Source: Candidatus Microgenomatus sp.
GTDB lineage: Bacteria; Patescibacteriota; Microgenomatia; UBA8517
Direction: 5' to 3'
Assembly: GCA_020724555.1 (NCBI GenBank)
Contig: DYGT01000002.1
Location: 40,271-104,270, forward strand
Length of the DNA: 64,000 nt
The position numbers were made by a program, and so were the translations under genes. Numbering within the stretch: the stretch's first letter is position 1; each line of letters opens with the position of its first letter. The notes beneath the pieces were generated by a model. That model was not told where the DNA came from and did no database searches. It saw only the letters and a program-made list of their open reading frames with translations. This document shows, piece after piece, positions 38,055 to 48,460 of this stretch.

Positions 38055-38129
38055 CGGGGCTGACGGGACTTGAACCCGCGACCTTCCGCGTGACAGGCGG
38101 ACACTCTAAACCAACTGAGCTACAGCCCC
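38055..38129 (-). tRNA. tRNA-Asp (anticodon GTC), no encoded CCA
   Basis: Reverse complement: GGGGCTG-TA-GCTC-AGTTGGTTTA-GAGT-G-TCCGC-CTGTCAC-GCGGA-AGGTC-GCGGG-TTCAAGT-CCCGT-CAGCCCC-G. Confidence 0.85.
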
Positions 38130-38206
38130 AAACAAATATCAAGGCAATTATAACCCACCGCTTCGTGTGACACAAGACTTTTACTGGTATACTTAAAATG
38201 GAATAA

Positions 38207-40009
38207 ATGGAAATGAAAAGAAACATGAATAATTTAGAAATCGCCGAGCTTTTGCGAGCTATGGCAGCCTCTTATGAAATCAGAGCTAGCGCTAACTCGC
38301 GTTTTAGGGTAATTGCTTATGAAAACGCAGCCGATGCGGTTGAACACCTAAGTAGTGAGTTAAAAGATTTGTGGGACGAAGGTATGCTTGAGGATGTGAG
38401 CGGAATAGGCCCATCTATAGCAAAAAATCTGGGCGAAATATTTAAAACCGGCAAATCAAGGCATTTTGAGCATATTTTGTCAAAAATCCCCAAAAGTGTT
38501 TTTGAACTTCTTGACTTAACCGGAGTCGGGCCCAAGCGCGCTTACCGCCTGGCCATTGAGCTTAATTTGCCGGATAAAAATCCAATTAAAAAACTTAAAA
38601 GGCTGGCCCTAAATGGAAAAATCGCAACTTTACCAGGATTTGGTGAGGAAAGCGAGCGCGATATCCTAAAAAGTATTAAAGAATTTGAACAAAAAAAGGA
38701 GACACGTATGCTCATCTCAAGGGCGGAGGAAGCAGTTCTACCAATAATCAATTGGCTTAAAAAAGACAGAAATGTAATTGAGGCTGTTCCCTTGGGGAGC
38801 CTTCGCAGAAGGGCATCAACCATAGGGGATTTGGATTTGGCAGTTTCAACGAAAAACCCGGAAAAAGTTATAAAACATTTTTTGAATTTTCCCCATAAGG
38901 GGCGCGTCTTGGACCAGGGTGATAAATACGTTTCAATGCTTGTCCCGGGCAATATCCAGGTTGATTTGAGGGTACACGAACCCAAAAGCTTCGGTAGTTT
39001 ACTCCAGCATTTTACCGGCTCCAAACACCATAACATTGCTCTTCGCGAATACGCTTTAAAAAAAGGACTTAGCCTTTCTGAATACGGCATAAAAGAGCTC
39101 AATAACAAAAGGGGTAAAGTAAAACCCGTGGGAAGCGAAAAAGAATTCTACAGGTGTTTAGGACTTCAGTGGATTCCGCCGGAATTACGAGAAGGCGACG
39201 ATGAAATAGAAGCTGCCCGCAAAAAAAACCTGCCCGAACTGGTTGAATTAAAAGACGTTAAGGCAGATCTTCAGATTCACAGCGATTTTGACATAGAAAC
39301 AAGCCATGACTTGGGGGTTTCAAGCATGAAAGAGATCGTGAAAAAAGCAAATGAGCTTAAATATGAATATATTGCCTTTACTGAACACAATCCAAGCCAG
39401 AGAGGCCATAGTCAAAAACAAATCGTGGAAATATTAAAAAAGAAGCGTGAAAAAATAAATATCCTAAATTCCCAATTACCGGACGGCACAATAAAAAAAG
39501 TTTTTAACAGCCTGGAGATAGATATTCTTCCGGATGGAAAACTCCCGATCGACGAGACAGGATTGTCAATTTTAGATTTTGCTTTGATTTCTATCCATAG
39601 CAGCTTTAGGTTAGAGAAAAACAAAATGACGCAAAGGGTATTAAGGGCGCTAGATTACCCTAATGTCAAAATTTTCGCCCACCCGACCGGCCGACTAATT
39701 GGGAAAAGGGAAAGCATTGAGCTAGATTGGGAGAAAATATTTTCATTTTGTAAAGAAAAAAATATTTGGATTGAGATAAACGCAGACCCCCACAGGCTGG
39801 ATTTGCCTGATTATCTTGTTAGAGAAGCTATTGCCAAGGGCATTTTGCTGACCCTCGGGACTGATGCGCACTCAAGTCTGGGAATGGATAACATGCGCTA
39901 CGGAGTGGACGTTGCCCGACGCGGATGGGCTAAAAAATCTGATATAATTAATGCCAGAAATTTAAAAGAATTTGAAACATTATTGAAAATTCAAGAAGCA
40001 GTAAGATAA
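38207..40009 (+). CDS. polX: family X DNA polymerase with C-terminal PHP phosphoesterase domain (PolX)
   Basis: N-terminal Pol-beta-like HhH (GIGPSIAKNL, GVGPKRAYRL), nucleotidyltransferase GSLRRRASTIGDLDLAV, C-terminal PHP histidines (LQIHSDFDIETSHD ... HPTGR). Confidence 0.8.
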   Translation: MEMKRNMNNLEIAELLRAMAASYEIRASANSRFRVIAYENAADAVEHLSSELKDLWDEGMLEDVSGIGPSIAKNLGEIFKTGKSRHFEHILSKIPKSVFELLDLTGVGPKRAYRLAIELNLPDKNPIKKLKRLALNGKIATLPGFGEESERDILKSIKEFEQKKETRMLISRAEEAVLPIINWLKKDRNVIEAVPLGSLRRRASTIGDLDLAVSTKNPEKVIKHFLNFPHKGRVLDQGDKYVSMLVPGNIQVDLRVHEPKSFGSLLQHFTGSKHHNIALREYALKKGLSLSEYGIKELNNKRGKVKPVGSEKEFYRCLGLQWIPPELREGDDEIEAARKKNLPELVELKDVKADLQIHSDFDIETSHDLGVSSMKEIVKKANELKYEYIAFTEHNPSQRGHSQKQIVEILKKKREKINILNSQLPDGTIKKVFNSLEIDILPDGKLPIDETGLSILDFALISIHSSFRLEKNKMTQRVLRALDYPNVKIFAHPTGRLIGKRESIELDWEKIFSFCKEKNIWIEINADPHRLDLPDYLVREAIAKGILLTLGTDAHSSLGMDNMRYGVDVARRGWAKKSDIINARNLKEFETLLKIQEAVR

Positions 40010-40078
40010 TTTATCATCGTTTGGATGACACAAAAAACCAAAAATTGTGCTATCTTACTTAAAGGAGGTGATTTATTT

Positions 40079-40672
40079 ATGAATTTAGTATTAGTAATCT
40101 TAGTTATCGCCATAATTGCTGTCGTAGGCTATGTCATCATGACATATAACTTTTTTGTCAGTAGCAAAGCCCGGATTAAAGCGGCCGTACAAGAAATCGG
40201 CAACCAGCTTAAGCGCCAAGCAGATTTAATCCCTAATTTAGAAAGCTCAGTTAAAGGTTATCTTAAGCAAGAAAAAGAAATCTTTAAAGCCTTGACAGAC
40301 GCCAGAAAAGCCGTGGACGCGGCTGTTAAATCCGGAGATTTGCAAAAAATGGCAGATGCGGGTAGCCAAGTGGCGGGGCTTCTTCCCAACCTCCGGGTCG
40401 CAGTAGAGGACAACCCTGAAATCAAATCCGATGCAGTTGTTGGAAAACTGATGGATGAGCTACGCGACACCGCAGACAAAGTTATGTATGCCAGAAGGTT
40501 AGTGATTGATCTAACGGCCGATTATAATGTTAAGCGTGTCAGTTTTCCGTCGAATTTTATAGCTAATGCCTTTGGTTTTAAAGAGCAACCCGGCTTAATT
40601 ACACCAGAAACCGGTGAGCACGTAGAAGTTACAGCTAACGAAACCAAAAGCCCTAAAATTAACTTAGAATAA
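40079..40672 (+). CDS. lemA: LemA family protein
   Basis: N-terminal TM then LemA core; strong SD AAGGAGGTGA 7 nt upstream of ATG 40079 (ORF track start 40025 rejected). Confidence 0.75.
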   Translation: MNLVLVILVIAIIAVVGYVIMTYNFFVSSKARIKAAVQEIGNQLKRQADLIPNLESSVKGYLKQEKEIFKALTDARKAVDAAVKSGDLQKMADAGSQVAGLLPNLRVAVEDNPEIKSDAVVGKLMDELRDTADKVMYARRLVIDLTADYNVKRVSFPSNFIANAFGFKEQPGLITPETGEHVEVTANETKSPKINLE

Positions 40673-40680
40673 TTATTTTT

Positions 40681-41607
40681 ATGCAAAATATTTACGAAGT
40701 TCAAGCTGCAAACCGGAGAAAAAGCTGGCTCGTGATAATCAGCTTTATCGTCTTTATAACAATTGCCGTTTATTTCCTTGGCCAGGCCTTTTCGTTGTAT
40801 TTAGGCTATGAACCGGGAACGCTTGGTATGGTAGGCATGGCTTTGATAATTTCCGGCATTATGAGCCTTACCAGTTATTATTATTCCGACCGCATTGTTT
40901 TAGGGATATCCATGGCAAAGCCAGCAAATAAAAAAGAGCATTTTAATTTTTATACTGCAACAGAAAACCTGTGCATGGCCGCAGGTATTCCGCTTCCCAA
41001 GCTTTATGTCATTAAAGACTCGGCACCAAATGCTTTTGCTACAGGTAGGGATCCGGACCACGCCGTAGTGTGTGCTACTACCGGCCTTTTACAAAAACTC
41101 AACAGAACCGAATTGGAAGGCGTTATTGCCCACGAACTAACTCACATTAAAAATTACGATATAAGACTAATGTCTATTGTTTCAGTGATGGTGGGGTTAG
41201 TAGCACTTTTGGGCGATTGGTTTTTGAGAATGCAATATTTCGGAGGCCAAGACCGGGAAGATAATAAATCCGGAACGATATTTTTATTAATCGGGCTTAT
41301 TTTTGCCATATTGGCGCCGATTATCGCCAATCTCATAAAATTGGCAATCTCAAGAAGGCGGGAATTTATGGCAGATGCAGGAGCTGTAGCGATTACCAGG
41401 CAACCAAACGGGCTTATTTCAGCTTTGCAAAAAATTTCCGGCGACAAGGAAGCTTTGGAGGCAGCAAATAAGGCAACGGCTCATATGTACATTATCAACC
41501 CCTTTAAGGGAAAATTGGACAACAGAGCCATGTCCAAAATGGCTGATTTATTTAACACCCACCCATCTGTTGAAGAGCGCATTGCCGCCCTGCAAAAAAT
41601 GATTTAA
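40681..41607 (+). CDS. htpX: M48-family zinc metalloprotease HtpX
   Basis: Membrane N-terminus, HEXXH as HELTHIKNYD, downstream Glu ligand region; classic lemA-htpX pairing. Confidence 0.8.
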   Translation: MQNIYEVQAANRRKSWLVIISFIVFITIAVYFLGQAFSLYLGYEPGTLGMVGMALIISGIMSLTSYYYSDRIVLGISMAKPANKKEHFNFYTATENLCMAAGIPLPKLYVIKDSAPNAFATGRDPDHAVVCATTGLLQKLNRTELEGVIAHELTHIKNYDIRLMSIVSVMVGLVALLGDWFLRMQYFGGQDREDNKSGTIFLLIGLIFAILAPIIANLIKLAISRRREFMADAGAVAITRQPNGLISALQKISGDKEALEAANKATAHMYIINPFKGKLDNRAMSKMADLFNTHPSVEERIAALQKMI

Positions 41608-41655
41608 ATAATTATCACTCTTGACACATGAGTGCTAAATTGACATAATAGAGTT

Positions 41656-43833
41656 ATGAATGGCGACAACAATCAAGGCCCAAGAATAATTATCGACACC
41701 CCCAAAGAAGAAGGGCCGTTGCTTCCTAAATACACTATTAATTTAACTAAAGATGCAAAAGCCGGAAAACTCGACCCGGTTATCGGGCGAGACGCGGAAG
41801 TCCGGCGCATTATGCAAATACTCTCCCGGCGTACAAAAAATAATCCTGTTTTAATAGGCGACCCCGGTGTGGGGAAAACCGCAATTGTCGAAGGTTTGGC
41901 ACAAAGAATTGCATCCGGCGATGTGCCGGAGTCTTTAAAAGACAAGGAACTACTGGTGCTTGATATTTCCTTAATTCTGGCCGGCGCAAAATTCCGGGGT
42001 GAATTTGAGGAACGTTTAAAAGGCATCATCAAAGAAGTTACCGAAGGCGCGGGAAAATATATTTTATTTATAGACGAGCTTCATACTATAGTAGGCGCAG
42101 GGTCTGCTGAAGGAGCGGTTGACGCCAGTAACATGCTCAAACCCAGCCTGGCCCGGGGACTTTTGCGCGTAATAGGCGCAACTACGATTGACGAGTATAG
42201 AAAACACATAGAGCGCGATGCGGCACTTGAGCGGCGTTTCCAGCCTGTCATGGTTGACGAACCGACCCTCGAAGACACGATCGCAATCCTCCGGGGAATT
42301 AAAGAAAAATATGAATTACACCACGGAATCCGCATTACCGACGATGCAGTAATTGCAGCAGCGACCTTATCAAACCGTTATATTTCAGACCGTTTTTTAC
42401 CAGATAAAGCTATCGACCTCATGGATGAAGCAGCCTCGGCTTTAAAAATTGAAACCGAATCGAGCCCCGCTGAATTGGACAATAAAAATCGCAAAATTAC
42501 TCAGCTTGAAATAGAACTTGCAGGATTAAAAAGGGAAAAGGGAGAGCTTGCGCATAAAAGAAGCGAAGAAATTAAAGACAAATTAAAAACTCTTAAAGAT
42601 GAAGTAAATAAACTCAGCAAAGATTGGCAGGAACAAAAACAAATTATTGGTAAACTCCAAACCACAAGAAAAGAGATAGACGAGCTAAAAATTGAACTTG
42701 AAAGAGCCGAGCGGGAGGTAAACCTGGAGAAAGCCGCAGAAATAAAATACGGCAAGCTTCCCAAACTCCAAGAGACTGCCGCTGAACTGGAAAAAAAGTG
42801 GAGTGAAATTCCCCCAAACAACCGTTTGTTGCGTGAAGAAGTAACGGAAGAAGATATTGCCAAAGTTGTATCAAGATGGAGCGGTATTCCCGTCAACAAG
42901 CTTATGGCCAGTGAAGTTGAAAAATTAACAAAACTGGAAAGCGTTCTAGCGGAACGCGTTGTGGGGCAGGATGAGGGTATAAGTGTAATAGCTAAAGCCA
43001 TACGAAGAAACCGAGCGGGATTGGGTAACCCCAAAGGGCCCATCGGAAGCTTTATGTTTTTAGGTCCAACAGGCGTTGGAAAAACAGAAACCGCCAAAGC
43101 CTTAGCAGAATATATGATGGGGACAGAGAACGCATTAATCCGCGTTGATATGGGCGAATATCAGGAAGAGCACTCACTGGCACGGTTAATAGGCGCACCT
43201 CCAGGCTATGTGGGCTACGACGAAGGAGGACAACTTACTGAAGCGGTAAGAAGAAAGCCGTATAGCGTGATCCTTTTGGACGAAATTGAAAAAGCCCATA
43301 CAAATGTTACAAACACTTTGCTTCAGGTTCTTGACGACGGGCGTTTAACCGACGGTAAAGGACGCATTGTTGATTTTAAAAATACTATCATTATCATGAC
43401 TTCTAATCTAGCCTCAGAGACTATCAGAGAATTAGCCAAAAACAAACACGCCGTTGAAATTAAAAAAGAGATTGAACCAATCCTTCATAAGGCCTTCAGC
43501 CCGGAATTTTTAAACCGAATAAGCGCAATTGTGGTTTATAAACCGTTGGGTCGCGACATTATGGATAAAATTGTCGAAATTCAGCTTAATTCTATAAAGT
43601 CTAATTTGTCCGCAAAACAAATAGGATTTAGCGTTACAAGCGAAGCAAAGGGTTATCTTGCTGCCAAAGGGTATGATCCGGTTTTTGGAGCCAGGCCGCT
43701 TTCGCGTTTGCTCGAAAATGAAATATTAGACGAAATATCAATGCTCATTTTAGAAGATAAAATAAAACCCGGACAAAATGTAACTGTAAGTTTAAATAAA
43801 AATCAGCTCAAAATTAATGCAGTCGAGGCATAA
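41656..43833 (+). CDS. clpB: ATP-dependent chaperone ClpB lacking the N-terminal substrate-binding domain
   Basis: Two AAA+ modules ([16 protein letters not shown]) separated by long coiled-coil M-domain; begins directly at NBD1. Confidence 0.8.
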   Translation: MNGDNNQGPRIIIDTPKEEGPLLPKYTINLTKDAKAGKLDPVIGRDAEVRRIMQILSRRTKNNPVLIGDPGVGKTAIVEGLAQRIASGDVPESLKDKELLVLDISLILAGAKFRGEFEERLKGIIKEVTEGAGKYILFIDELHTIVGAGSAEGAVDASNMLKPSLARGLLRVIGATTIDEYRKHIERDAALERRFQPVMVDEPTLEDTIAILRGIKEKYELHHGIRITDDAVIAAATLSNRYISDRFLPDKAIDLMDEAASALKIETESSPAELDNKNRKITQLEIELAGLKREKGELAHKRSEEIKDKLKTLKDEVNKLSKDWQEQKQIIGKLQTTRKEIDELKIELERAEREVNLEKAAEIKYGKLPKLQETAAELEKKWSEIPPNNRLLREEVTEEDIAKVVSRWSGIPVNKLMASEVEKLTKLESVLAERVVGQDEGISVIAKAIRRNRAGLGNPKGPIGSFMFLGPTGVGKTETAKALAEYMMGTENALIRVDMGEYQEEHSLARLIGAPPGYVGYDEGGQLTEAVRRKPYSVILLDEIEKAHTNVTNTLLQVLDDGRLTDGKGRIVDFKNTIIIMTSNLASETIRELAKNKHAVEIKKEIEPILHKAFSPEFLNRISAIVVYKPLGRDIMDKIVEIQLNSIKSNLSAKQIGFSVTSEAKGYLAAKGYDPVFGARPLSRLLENEILDEISMLILEDKIKPGQNVTVSLNKNQLKINAVEA

Positions 43834-43857
43834 CTGCTTTGAGCTGATAGATTACCT

Positions 43858-44028
43858 CTAAACAAACTTATTAAATACAAACAAAACGACACCCACAACA
43901 AGGGCGTAAAACATATAAACAAAAACTTCAAAAAAGCCAAGAGCCAGTACTATCGACATAATTATGAGCCATCCTATAAGTAACATCTCACCGGAAACTT
44001 GACTTAAAATAAACCAAATGAGCTTCAT
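43858..44028 (-). CDS. hypothetical 56-aa hydrophobic peptide (two predicted TM helices)
   Basis: MKLIWFILSQVSGEMLLIGWLIIMSIVLALGFFEVFVYMFYALVVGVVLFVFNKFV translated by hand. Strong SD GGAGGTAACC 4 nt upstream. Absent from ORF track because under 60 aa. Confidence 0.4.
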   Translation of the reverse strand: MKLIWFILSQVSGEMLLIGWLIIMSIVLALGFFEVFVYMFYALVVGVVLFVFNKFV

Positions 44029-44110
44029 CACGGTTACCTCCTTAATGGTATGCCGTTTTGTCTAGCATTATACACTTGTTTCAAGTGTGGCTGGATTGTA
44101 TCATATAGGC

Positions 44111-44416
44111 ATGGCAAAATTGTCCGAAAAACAGGTAAGGTACGTGGCTGGTTTATCCCGATTAACCCTCACAAAGGCAGAGGTTAAAAATTTTCAAACC
44201 GAACTTTCGCAAATAATCGACCATTTTTCTGAGCTTAACGAAGTAGAAGTAGACAATGTTGAGCCCATGAGCCACCCTACCGGATTAACTGACGTTTTGG
44301 CAGACGATGAACCAAACCCCACATCTTCACTGACTTCCAATAAGGCTTTAAACGCAACTAATAAAATACACAATAATTACTTTGTTGTCCCACAATTAAT
44401 AGATAAGGAGGATTAA
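44111..44416 (+). CDS. gatC: Asp/Glu-tRNA amidotransferase subunit C
   Basis: MAKLSEKQVRYVAGLSRLTLTKAEVKNFQTELSQII matches GatC; directly precedes gatA. Confidence 0.8.
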   Translation: MAKLSEKQVRYVAGLSRLTLTKAEVKNFQTELSQIIDHFSELNEVEVDNVEPMSHPTGLTDVLADDEPNPTSSLTSNKALNATNKIHNNYFVVPQLIDKED

Positions 44417-45823
44417 ATGGAGGCCCCTAACAGTTTTAAAACTCTAAAGGCGGATTTATTAAGCGGTAAGTACAGCACTGTTGATCTTGTTGATTATTAT
44501 TTGTCCCGCATTCATGCTTTTGATGGAGAAATCCAAAGTATTTTAACGATCACTGATGAAATTGCCTTCAAAAAAGCTAAAAAAGCGGATGCTTTAATAA
44601 AAAAACTTAAAGCAAAAGCCTTTGCTGAATACCCGCTTTTGGGAGTAGTGGTTGGCTATAAAGATATGTTTTTAAAAGACGGCGTCCGCACAACTGCGGG
44701 ATCGCGCGTTCTTAATGGCTACGTGGCTCAATATTCTGCTACTGCCGTTGAAAAATTAGAGACCGCAGGTGCCATAACCATAGCCAAATTAAACCAAGAT
44801 GCTTGGGCGCATGGGGCAAGCGGCGAAAACAGCGATTTTTTCATTACCAAAAATCCCTATGACAAAGCTCGGGTTGCAGGCGGGTCTTCAAGCGGTTCAG
44901 CCGCGGCTGTGGCTTCTGATTTTTGCCTTATTGCCTTGGGAACTGATACCGGAGGCTCTGTCAGGCAGCCTGCAAGTTTTACTAATTTGGTCGGCCTTAA
45001 ACCTACATACGGAGCCATATCCCGCTGGGGTGTGATTGCCATGAGTTCATCACTTGATACAGTTGGGGTCATTGGAAAAAATATAGCAGACGTTAAGCAA
45101 ACCTATGATGTTCTAAAAGGCGAAGATGGCCACGACAGCAACGTCCGCCTGCAAACAAAAAGCTTTGATCCAGGCAAAAAAGTAACCATAGGCATACCAA
45201 AAGAATTTTTTGCAGAAAGACTTGATCCCGAAGTAAAAACAAAGGTTGAAGAAGTAATTAATACATACCAACAAATGGGGCATAAAATTATAAATATCTC
45301 GCTACCCCACACGAAATACGGCATTTCCGTTTACTATATCATCCAGCCAGCCGAGGTTTCATCTAATTTGGCACGCTACGACGGTGTGCGCTATGGCAAA
45401 GACAGATTGGCCTTTGGTAGCGAAGCCAAAAGAAGAATCATGCTGGGAAGTTTTGTTTTGTCTGCCGGACACTATGATGCATATTATCTAAAAGCCATGA
45501 AAGTAAGGAATTTAATAAAAATGGAATTAGAAAAGGCTTACGAAAAAGTAGATGTTATACTCGCTCCGGTTTCTCCCACGCCGGCTTTCAAAATTGGGGA
45601 AAAACAAGGTGACCCCATAAGTATGTATTTGTCTGACATTTTTACAGTAACGGCAAACTTAACCGGCACGCCGTCCGTCGCAATTCCGGGTGGTTTTAGC
45701 AAATCCGGGCTACCGATTGGATTTCAACTCATGGGACCAAGGTTTTCCGAAGATTTGCTATTTAATCTTGGACAAAAATATCAAGCACAAACAGATTGGC
45801 ACACCAGAAAGGCAGTACTATAA
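44417..45823 (+). CDS. gatA: Asp/Glu-tRNA amidotransferase subunit A (amidase)
   Basis: Amidase signature GGSSSGSAAAVASDF and Ser-cisSer-Lys triad context. Confidence 0.9.
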   Translation: MEAPNSFKTLKADLLSGKYSTVDLVDYYLSRIHAFDGEIQSILTITDEIAFKKAKKADALIKKLKAKAFAEYPLLGVVVGYKDMFLKDGVRTTAGSRVLNGYVAQYSATAVEKLETAGAITIAKLNQDAWAHGASGENSDFFITKNPYDKARVAGGSSSGSAAAVASDFCLIALGTDTGGSVRQPASFTNLVGLKPTYGAISRWGVIAMSSSLDTVGVIGKNIADVKQTYDVLKGEDGHDSNVRLQTKSFDPGKKVTIGIPKEFFAERLDPEVKTKVEEVINTYQQMGHKIINISLPHTKYGISVYYIIQPAEVSSNLARYDGVRYGKDRLAFGSEAKRRIMLGSFVLSAGHYDAYYLKAMKVRNLIKMELEKAYEKVDVILAPVSPTPAFKIGEKQGDPISMYLSDIFTVTANLTGTPSVAIPGGFSKSGLPIGFQLMGPRFSEDLLFNLGQKYQAQTDWHTRKAVL

Positions 45824-47062
45824 ATGGGTGATTACAAACATTTGCTATCTCAAAAGTCTTTTCTTGCGCTTTGGTCTTCACAGTTTCTTTCCCAAGTTGC
45901 CATACATACATTAAATTTTTTAGTGATTTTAATTGTATTTGAAGAAACCGGATCTACTCTGGCTACAAGCATAGTTTGGCTGGTGAATATACTACCGGCT
46001 ATTATAATCGGACCGTTTGCCGCAGCCTTTGTGGATTTGGTAGACAAACGCACGCTTTTACTTTTAACTAATGCGCTACAGGCTATAATATTGGCTTTAT
46101 TTTCATTTTTTTACTCTCAATATATATTTTTGGCATACGGTATCGTCCTTTTGTATTCACTCCTAAACCAACTATATGTGCCTTCTGAAGTCGCCAGTTT
46201 ACCGGTAATTGTTAAAAAGAACCATTTAGCAGAAGCAAATGGTTTATTTCTGGCGTCTTACCAGATCGCACTGGTATTAGGCTCCGGTTTATCGGGAGTA
46301 ATGGGAGAGCTTCTGGGATACCAAAGTGGATTTCTAATTGCAGCAGGCTGTCTTACCGTTGCTTTTCTTGCCATCTTGAATTTACCCAAAATTCAGACGA
46401 GAAGACGCTTTAAAATACAAAACAATCTAAAACAAAACATTTATGAATATGGCCGAGACGTTTACGAAGGATTTTTATATATTAGAAATAACAAAGACAT
46501 TTGGTTACCTTTTATTACAATAGCGGGGTTACAAGCCAGCTTGGCTGTTGTTTTCGTAAATCTTCCTGCTATAGCCAACGATATAATAAAAATTAACCCA
46601 AATTATTCAGGAATTGCCGTCGTTGGTCCTGCCGGACTTGGGGCTGCTCTCGGAATATTTTTAACCCCAAAGTATTTAAAATCTCATACTAAGACAGCCG
46701 TGGCTAAATATGCTCTGACTATTCTTACCTTAGATATCGGTTTATTAGTAGCTATAGTACCATATCTTTCTGAAATAGTGCGGTATCCTTTGTCTATTGT
46801 GCTTTTTATACTGTCCGGTATTTCATTCACCGGAATTTTCATACCTGCTCAAACACATTTGCAAGAAGTTACTCCGAAGCAAATGCTTGGTAGAGTATTC
46901 GGTAACTCTTGGTTCATAACTACCATAGCTACAGTATTTCCCTTGATGTTTTCGGCAACTATCACCGAACTTCTTGGCCCCAGAGTTATGTTGGCCTTTA
47001 TCGCAATTGTACTGATATTATTAAGAATCAAATATGATCAACTAGTAGATATAAAACTATGA
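45824..47062 (+). CDS. MFS-family transporter inserted between gatA and gatB
   Basis: 412 aa, ~12 TM helices, start abuts gatA stop and end overlaps gatB start. Confidence 0.6.
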   Translation: MGDYKHLLSQKSFLALWSSQFLSQVAIHTLNFLVILIVFEETGSTLATSIVWLVNILPAIIIGPFAAAFVDLVDKRTLLLLTNALQAIILALFSFFYSQYIFLAYGIVLLYSLLNQLYVPSEVASLPVIVKKNHLAEANGLFLASYQIALVLGSGLSGVMGELLGYQSGFLIAAGCLTVAFLAILNLPKIQTRRRFKIQNNLKQNIYEYGRDVYEGFLYIRNNKDIWLPFITIAGLQASLAVVFVNLPAIANDIIKINPNYSGIAVVGPAGLGAALGIFLTPKYLKSHTKTAVAKYALTILTLDIGLLVAIVPYLSEIVRYPLSIVLFILSGISFTGIFIPAQTHLQEVTPKQMLGRVFGNSWFITTIATVFPLMFSATITELLGPRVMLAFIAIVLILLRIKYDQLVDIKL

Positions 47063-48378
47063 AAAACTTGATCCCGGTTATCGGACTTGAAGTCCATATC
47101 GAGCTTAATACTGCCACAAAAATGTTTTGTCGCTGCCGGGCTTATCATTTTGGCGAAAAACCAAACACCAATGTCTGCCCGGTTTGTTTAGGCCTTCCCG
47201 GAGCGCTTCCATCTGCTAACAAAAAGGCCATTTGGGACACGATAAAATTCGGGCTAGCTCTTAATTCGCAAATTTCTTCTTTTAGTAAATTTGACAGAAA
47301 ACATTATTTTTACCCCGATTTGCCTAAAGGTTACCAGATTAGCCAGTACGACTTACCCTTTTGTACAAAAGGTACTTTTACCCTTAAGAATGGCAAGGTT
47401 ATAAACATAAGAAGAATTCATTTAGAAGAAGATACCGGAAAGTTAATCCACAAAACGGTTGATGGGAAAAAAGTAAGCCTGGTAGATTATAACCGCTCGG
47501 GTGTGCCTTTGATGGAGATGGTAACAGAGCCGGATTTCACCGACCCGAGCGATGTGGATGAATTTTTAAAAGAAATTCAGTTAATTGTTAAATACCTCGG
47601 TATTTCAGATGCAGATATGGAAAAGGGCTCCATGAGGCTTGAAGCAAACATATCCCTAAAAGAAGAAGACCAGGGTTTACCGGATTATAAAATTGAACTA
47701 AAAAACATAAATTCATTTAGATTTTTAAGCAAAGCTCTTCAAGCAGAAATTGTACGCCAGAAACAAATTCTTGAAACCGGTTCCAAACCTGTCCAAGAAA
47801 CGCGCGGTTATGACGAAGTAAAAAATACAACATTTTCCCAACGCACCAAAGAAGAAGCTCAGGATTACCGCTATATGCCGGAGCCCGACATACCCCCAAT
47901 CACCATAAACGAAAAAGTTGTTTTAAGAATCAAAAATAAACTCCCGGATTTACCCAACCAAAAACGAAAAATTTTTAAAAAATTAAATTTATCTGAACAT
48001 TATATAGAAACCTTAGTAAGCGATAAAAACCGCGCTTTATATTTTGATGAGGCTATAAACATTGCAAAAGACCACAATATCTCAGCTAAAGAAATCGCAA
48101 GTGTCATGGTAAACCAAAATATGGACCTTAAATATCCCGAACCCGCCGGCTTAATTAAAAAACTTTTGGAAATTCAGAAAGCCGATTACGCAAGCCAAAA
48201 AGAAGTAAAGGGGGCTGTTAACGTCGTTTTAAAGCAAAACACAAAAGCCGTAGATGACTACAAAAACGGAAAAACCCAGGTTGTCGGTTTTTTAATAGGA
48301 CAAATCCAAAAAGAGCTTAAAGGCAAGGGTGAGGTAAAACTGGTTCAGGAAATTTTAAGGAAAAAATTGGAAGAATAG
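47059..48378 (+). CDS. gatB: Asp/Glu-tRNA amidotransferase subunit B
   Basis: N-terminus IPVIGLEVHIELNTATKMFCRC characteristic of GatB; shorter than typical (439 aa). Confidence 0.85.
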   Translation: MKNLIPVIGLEVHIELNTATKMFCRCRAYHFGEKPNTNVCPVCLGLPGALPSANKKAIWDTIKFGLALNSQISSFSKFDRKHYFYPDLPKGYQISQYDLPFCTKGTFTLKNGKVINIRRIHLEEDTGKLIHKTVDGKKVSLVDYNRSGVPLMEMVTEPDFTDPSDVDEFLKEIQLIVKYLGISDADMEKGSMRLEANISLKEEDQGLPDYKIELKNINSFRFLSKALQAEIVRQKQILETGSKPVQETRGYDEVKNTTFSQRTKEEAQDYRYMPEPDIPPITINEKVVLRIKNKLPDLPNQKRKIFKKLNLSEHYIETLVSDKNRALYFDEAINIAKDHNISAKEIASVMVNQNMDLKYPEPAGLIKKLLEIQKADYASQKEVKGAVNVVLKQNTKAVDDYKNGKTQVVGFLIGQIQKELKGKGEVKLVQEILRKKLEE

Positions 48379-48460
48379 CCTCTAAAATTATGACTTTTAC
48401 CCCATAATATGGTATGATTATGTTTTATACATCAAGACTAGACACGGAGGCCAGTCTAAG

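Noticed and set aside
36431-38129. Heterogeneous 3' ends of tRNA genes (CCA encoded in tRNA-Thr but not in Val, Gly, Asp) as an anomaly
   Set aside because: Mixed encoded/non-encoded CCA is common in bacteria with a CCA-adding enzyme; not unusual.
38026-38226. 66-aa minus ORF spanning tRNA-Asp
   Set aside because: Contains the tRNA-Asp gene; artefact.
41673-43097. Several minus-strand ORFs (119, 84, 198, 76 aa) inside clpB
   Set aside because: Antisense to clpB; low-complexity translations; no RBS.
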